Source: a bacterium
GTDB lineage: Bacteria > Electryoneota > JAOADG01
Direction of reading: 5' to 3'
DNA length: 64,000 nucleotides
Assembly: GCA_963681965.1 (NCBI GenBank)
Contig: OY820579.1
Coordinates: forward strand, 2,464,001-2,528,000
The position numbers and the translations under genes were made by a program. The notes beneath the pieces are model-generated. The model was not told where the DNA came from and did not search any database. It saw only the letters and a list, made by a program, of their open reading frames with translations. Below, piece after piece: positions 61,173-64,000 of this stretch. Position 1 is the first letter of the stretch. The number at the start of each line of letters is the position of its first letter.

Positions 61173-61510
61173 TGAGAGTCAAATATCTGATCGATGCGCT
61201 ACTCGTCGATGATATCGCTGGCGGTCTCACCTGGAAACCGGTTGGTGTCTGGGCGGTAGAAATCGGCGCAACCACGCTGGCATTTGAGTGGAAGTACTTA
61301 CCCATTAATCCGGAACGGGATGCCGAGGCTGACCGGATTGCGACTGCGCTGGTGGAAAATGGAGTGACTGTTTTGCCAGCGGACTTTCTGGAGTATCACC
61401 AGATTGCTTACAATTCCTACACCGGACAATTCTACGGTCCGTTTGAGGGGGAGTTTGCCAACTTGCCTGCTTGTTGTGATAAAATCCTCAGATCTTTCGG
61501 TGGGGTGTGA
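61172..61510 (+). CDS. Acidic hypothetical protein, candidate immunity protein 2
   Basis: TAATG overlap; GGAGG RBS. Confidence 0.65.
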   Translation: MRVKYLIDALLVDDIAGGLTWKPVGVWAVEIGATTLAFEWKYLPINPERDAEADRIATALVENGVTVLPADFLEYHQIAYNSYTGQFYGPFEGEFANLPACCDKILRSFGGV

Positions 61511-61513
61511 TCG

Positions 61514-61729
61514 ATGCGGACGTTAATGAAATTGCTGAACGAAGTTCTGAACAAGCCATTTTTCGGAAAGATCACGATCTTTGTCAACAACGGCCGGATT
61601 TCTTCCATTGAAAAACAGGAAACCGTTCAGGTGAAAGAGGGAGGCAACAGTGAAAGCCTTACGACCATCATCGACCAGAATTCGCAGTTGTATCGCGAGC
61701 TAATTGGAGGTAATGATCTGCGAAAATGA
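61514..61729 (+). CDS. DUF2292/YezD-like small protein
   Basis: LLNEVLNKPFFGKITIFVNNGRISSIEKQETV. Confidence 0.6.
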   Translation: MRTLMKLLNEVLNKPFFGKITIFVNNGRISSIEKQETVQVKEGGNSESLTTIIDQNSQLYRELIGGNDLRK

Positions 61730-62034
61730 TTCGTCGAAGTACCGTATCGTTAGGTATATCAAGCTTATACAGGATTAGTTGTGTAAAAATGGACTGCGAG
61801 TACATATTTACACATGTTTTGTTGTAACCAGTTTATAATTCAGTAATTATGACGTCTGTTTTTTGCGTTGTGTTGATGTTCTTTATTCGTCTTCTCGCTC
61901 TCCAATAATAAATTGATAACGAATAATCATGTACTTAGTTTTTCTGAACGCACTTGCACACCCTTTCTTTGTTTTGTATTGTACATATACTTCGCGTTTC
62001 GCGAATTGCAAATTGAAGTTGTAAAGGAAAGACG

Positions 62035-62553
62035 ATGAAAAAGAGTTCGGTAATGAGACCGCAAGACATCGTGATTCTACTAAAGTTAGTAGCTATTCGT
62101 GATGCGGAAAAAAGAATGATTGACCTTGCGAATGAATTGTTTATCAGTCTTTCAGAAGTATCAGAATCGTTGAACCGTTCTTACATCTCTGGGTTGATAG
62201 GATCAAATAAAAGGGATGTCCATAGAAAAGCATTTCTGGAGTTTCTGATCTATGGAATTCGGTATGTTTTTCCTCAGTACCCAGGTGCAATTGTAAGAGG
62301 TATGCCTACGGCGCACTCGGCATCACCGATGAAAGAGAAGATTTCTTCGCATGCTGGCGAATATTTCGTATGGGAGGATGTCGATGGCGAAGTTCGCGGT
62401 CAAAAGATTGAACCGTTATTCATTTCAGTGCCTAAAGCTGCAAGAATCGACCACGACCTTTATGAGTTATTGACGTTAGTTGATTCCCTTCGAGTAGGTC
62501 AACCCAGGGAAATTGCTGTAGCGCAACACCTTCTCAAGGAAAGGTTTCATTAG
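62035..62553 (+). CDS. HTH protein of a family normally paired with a nucleotidyltransferase (AbiE/type IV TA antitoxin-like); orphan here
   Basis: RPQDIVILLKL, LANELFISLSEVSESL HTH, GIRYVFP, RGMPTAHSA, LYELLTLVDSLRVG. Confidence 0.7.
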   Translation: MKKSSVMRPQDIVILLKLVAIRDAEKRMIDLANELFISLSEVSESLNRSYISGLIGSNKRDVHRKAFLEFLIYGIRYVFPQYPGAIVRGMPTAHSASPMKEKISSHAGEYFVWEDVDGEVRGQKIEPLFISVPKAARIDHDLYELLTLVDSLRVGQPREIAVAQHLLKERFH

Positions 62554-62555
62554 TT

Positions 62556-63011
62556 TTAATGTGATAATTGACGAGCGTTGTGTCTTGTAGATTGGGAATT
62601 GCTTTTAGACCTCGTCCCAACAGCGCTTGATCGTTTCTTACCCGAACTTGTTTCGAACAAGTATGAAACTGGAATGCCCAATCCTTCGTGGATAGCGCTG
62701 ATCATTTTCTTGCTAAGTTCGCGCTTGCCAGATAGCACTTCATACACTCGTGTTCTTGTCCCAATGAATGGAATGAGATCCTTGTTGGTTAATCCCTGTT
62801 GTTCCATCACGAATCGGATCATTTCAATCGGGGAAACTTTCAAATCTCTCATTGAGCTGTGCGCATCGTCGAAGTGTTGCATTAGAACAGCAATTAACTC
62901 AATCTCATTTGCTTCGGGTGAATTAGGTTGCGGATCGAGCGCAATCAAGCTGTCCATCTCGTTGAGAGCAGCCTGGTAATCTTCCGCAGTTTTAATTAGT
63001 TTCAGTTCCAT
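62556..63011 (-). CDS. higA: HigA-type antitoxin (HTH-XRE)
   Basis: IKTAEDYQAAL, PIEMIRFVMEQQGL...RVYEVLSGKRELS..MI..IHEGLGIP. Confidence 0.88.
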   Translation of the reverse strand: MELKLIKTAEDYQAALNEMDSLIALDPQPNSPEANEIELIAVLMQHFDDAHSSMRDLKVSPIEMIRFVMEQQGLTNKDLIPFIGTRTRVYEVLSGKRELSKKMISAIHEGLGIPVSYLFETSSGKKRSSAVGTRSKSNSQSTRHNARQLSH

Positions 63012-63019
63012 AGTTTCCC

Positions 63020-63307
63020 CTATCCTAACCTAAGTTTATCATACTCCGCGTGCGTTCCAATCCAAACGACTCGCACGACACCAGCAACATACACTACCTG
63101 TACTACCAACCGATGCTTGTTTCCACGTATGTTAAATATGACACGGTTATCGTGTAGGAAACTAGCAGTCGCGAACCTAAGCTTAATATCATGAGTGGTT
63201 TTCCACTCTGCTTCGGTTATCAGCATAACCCACGCTTTCAAAGCAATGGCTACGTCAGCATGAGATCGGCAATAGTCGTCGATTAGTTTCCGGTTTGCGA
63301 TTAACAT
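63020..63307 (-). CDS. higB: HigB-type toxin (mRNA interferase)
   Basis: RVIFNIRGNKHRLV, WIGTHAEYDK; upstream of higA. Confidence 0.9.
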   Translation of the reverse strand: MLIANRKLIDDYCRSHADVAIALKAWVMLITEAEWKTTHDIKLRFATASFLHDNRVIFNIRGNKHRLVVQVVYVAGVVRVVWIGTHAEYDKLRLG

Positions 63308-63396
63308 GCTACAATATAATACGTACCCATTTTGGGAACAAGTGGTAAACGTGTAAATTCTGATTTTGTTTTCAGCGTATGTTCATAGCGGGGTTC

Positions 63397-63425
63397 TTGA
63401 CAGAGAGTTCCGGTTTTCGTAAATT
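63397..63425 (+). promoter_or_regulatory. Sigma70 promoter
   Basis: TTGACA-17 bp-TAAATT. Confidence 0.65.
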
Positions 63426-63482
63426 GATTGTGACATTATTCGCCCCATAAGGGGAAAGCGCTGGTAGCGGGAAACACCCAAC

Positions 63483-63526
63483 CCGGCATCATACTTCTGA
63501 GGAAGAGGTATGGTGCCGGTTTTTTT
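63483..63526 (+). terminator. Intrinsic terminator in the leader of the methylase gene
   Basis: CCGGCATCATAC...GTATGGTGCCGG + T7. Confidence 0.75.
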
Positions 63527-63542
63527 GTTTTTAGGAAAATTG

Positions 63543-64000
63543 ATGCACCTCGATTCGCAAATTCGTTACTTGCTCCAGACTCATGCTGAACTGCGTTCAG
63601 TAGCTCAGGATAAGGCTGAACAGGTTTCGTACGTAACCAATTACATCGGCTCGAAACAAAAACTTGTCGAGTGGATTTGGTCACACACCCCCCACGGTGT
63701 GCAGAGTGTGCTTGATGCGTTCAGTGGCAGCTCCGTTGTTGGTTATATGTATAAGCGGCAGGGCTTGCGGGTCGTGGCTAACGACCGTTTGAAGTACGCA
63801 TTTCACATCGCCCGGGCGATCATTGAGAACAACGATACGACTCTTTCAGAAGGCGATATCGATGGATTGCTCGCGGATAACTCAAAGGCGCGAACCTTTG
63901 TCCAGGACAACTTCAAGGGGTTGTTCTTCGCCAAAGGTGTGCATGCAGCTATCGATAACATTCGCACCAACATAGATGATCTGCGCGGGTACAAAAAGGA
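63543..64000 (+). CDS. DNA adenine methyltransferase (Dam/D12 class), truncated by window end
   Basis: Manual translation MHLDSQIRYLL...YVTNYIGSKQKLVEWIW...VLDAFSGSSVVG...VVAND. Confidence 0.88.
   Translation, partial: MHLDSQIRYLLQTHAELRSVAQDKAEQVSYVTNYIGSKQKLVEWIWSHTPHGVQSVLDAFSGSSVVGYMYKRQGLRVVANDRLKYAFHIARAIIENNDTTLSEGDIDGLLADNSKARTFVQDNFKGLFFAKGVHAAIDNIRTNIDDLRGYKK

Larger units (their letters stand above)
31466..64000 (+). mobile_element. Integrated prophage/ICE-like element adjacent to tRNA-Asn (right end outside window)
   Basis: DUF2924 + large serine recombinase, phage-type recombination/replication genes, terS, terL, portal, MuF; begins right after a tRNA. Left boundary inferred; no att repeat is visible in the window. 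Confidence 0.85.

Noticed and set aside
62572-62979. + strand 133-aa ORF antisense to higA as a second bridge
   Set aside because: Stops intervene right after 62553, the frame does not span higB, and a promoter follows at 63397.

Overview
The window has two parts. About 1-31.4 kb is ordinary bacterial chromosome, probably from an FCB-superphylum-like diderm (T9SS-type C-terminal sorting domains, tamA/tamB-like pair). It carries gdhA, yggS-divIVA-ileS(type 2)-dksA/traR-lspA, a TPM-NTase-lemA triad, pgi, GTAG-type REP palindromes and two AT-rich inserts. After a tRNA-Asn(GTT) gene at 31393-31465, an integrated prophage/ICE hybrid runs off the right end. It contains an AT-rich ATPase-PIN-RNA ligase cargo operon, a DUF2924 + large serine recombinase module, an RNA-leader-controlled sigma-like gene, a recombination/replication operon (Cas4-like nuclease, Sak4, SSB, ERCC4, RecD2, primase-helicase, iteron origin), terS, terL, portal, a 1437-aa MuF protein with kinase-like and ART-like extensions, higBA and a DNA adenine methylase. 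The most striking observation is a ~3 kb cassette of oppositely oriented genes (tyrosine recombinase, orphan antitoxins) inserted between terS and terL. The + strand across it keeps one reading frame open for 1013 codons with a single internal stop, and that frame overlaps the terS stop at one end and the terL start at the other. It is a candidate 'translation bridge' that keeps the late operon ribosome-covered. All family assignments come from reading motifs by eye; no database searches were run.
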